Origin: Lama guanicoe
Taxonomy: Eukaryota
Length of the DNA: 64,000 nucleotides
Assembly: GCA_013239625.1 (NCBI GenBank)
Contig: MU056029.1
Span: forward strand, 1 to 64,000
Direction: 5' to 3'
The notes under the pieces are model-generated. The model ran no database searches and had not been told where the DNA came from. It saw only the letters and a program-made list of their open reading frames with translations. The translations under genes were made by a program, and so were the position numbers. This document shows positions 62,871 to 64,000 of the stretch, piece by piece. The number at the start of each line of letters is the position of its first letter. The first letter of the stretch is position 1.

Positions 62871-64000
62871 GTGGAGGTGGCAATCCAGGGCAGGAAGATG
62901 GGGATGCTTTTGTTTTTACTAGAGCCATGGGATTTGGGTGTGGAAGCACCCTATGCCTCAAAGCACACCACTGAGACTCAGCCGTGTCCATGGGCTGTCA
63001 CATGGCTCAGACAGGCTCCTGTTTTTGATTTTCATTCTGATGCCCACTCCCCAACCCCTTCTCGGGGAGATAGGCAAAGCCTTAACTCAACTACCATTTT
63101 TCTGGTTGTGTCTTTCAGTCAAGAATTCTGGCAAGACTGTCAAAATGGTCCAGCAAACTGGAGATGAGTGGATATGTTTGGTCCTAAATTCTTCTTCCAA
63201 GACCACATTGGACACTAGGAATGGCTTTTTCAATCTGTAAAGAGGAGGGAAACCATTCAAGAAGCCCAATTTTGACCCAGGGTAATTTCTCCTGCAGTGG
63301 CAGCTCTTCAGGATGAAATATCTGGCCATGAGGCGTTTTTCTTAGAGCTGAATTCAGGTCCGATCGGAAATGGAGGCAAAGGTTCTTTACTGGCTGCCCT
63401 GGGTGGCATTCACACGGGTGGCAGAGCACTTTCAGGTTGATCAGGCTCCCTGAGTGAAGACATGGCCACATGTGGTGTGTCCCTGGTGCTTCTGCCAAAA
63501 GCGTTCAGTAGAGAAGGACCGGAGCCCATGCTTGGACAGGAAACCCAGCAGGCAGGACATTGCTCTACTGGCCAAAGTAGGTAGAGGCTGCTACTTCTTG
63601 AGGAAGGCGAAGGGCAACCCATGAGAAGCCCCAGTGTTTGGCCTGGACAGTTTCAAAGAGCCCAGGCCGTGGGGATGCCAGCTGTCCTTCATGGGCACTA
63701 GGACAGTGGGCTTCACCCTCCCAAACCCTGTGGGCTTCTGGTGCAGTTGCTCCCCTCCAGGACAAATTGCCATCAGAGATGCCACTGCATGGTGGAGAAA
63801 CCTCTACCGAGGATACTTCCTAGAGGGGCTGTCAGAGGCAGGGTGTCGTCTTCACTGAGAGGCCACACTGACCCACAGGAGATGGGGGACACTGATGCTG
63901 GAAAGGAGGATGTATTTGCATGGCTGCCGTTTGGCAGTCATGGGTGTGCCTTAGCAGGGATGCTTAACCAAGAGAAGATGGCTCTTGTCGCTGGCCTGAA

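Larger units (their letters stand above)
58775..64000 (+). repeat. SNORD115 tandem array, ~2.05 kb units (about 2.5 units in window)
   Basis: The motif ggcag(a/g)aagatggggat recurs at ~58792, ~60837 and ~62889; the two snoRNAs are 2051 bp apart; GC content rises sharply at ~58775. Confidence 0.93.

Noticed and set aside
59417..63858. Numerous short ORFs with similar peptides (e.g. LGLNVILFS, EWICLVL)
   Set aside because: The similarity reflects the 2-kb tandem repeat; frames and stops are not conserved between units.
1..64000. CRISPR arrays or other prokaryotic systems
   Set aside because: The sequence is mammalian (L1, SINE, spliceosomal introns); there is no short repeat-spacer array.

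Overview
This is mammalian genomic DNA with no supportable protein-coding gene. A tRNA-derived SINE type suggests a camelid. The window is the middle of the imprinted Prader-Willi locus long non-coding transcript (SNHG14/UBE3A-ATS), and everything is on the + strand. (1) 1-11.9 kb is the distal end of the SNORD116 box C/D snoRNA array: one canonical copy, one copy with the D box deleted, four divergent 'group III-like' copies (two with intact C and D boxes), one empty unit, and one unit decapitated by an L1. Each sits about 200-225 nt downstream of a repeated host exon. (2) 15.3-17.8 kb holds exons resembling the IPW lncRNA. (3) 17.5-58.7 kb is an AT-rich spacer dominated by old L1s, with nested insertions, SINEs, a Tigger MITE, polyadenylated retro-inserts and a small assembly gap. 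(4) 58.8-64 kb is the proximal start of the SNORD115 array (~2.05 kb units) with two divergent copies. Family assignments rest on my recall of the human sequences and on box, stem and splice motifs read directly; no searches were run. Repeat boundaries are approximate.
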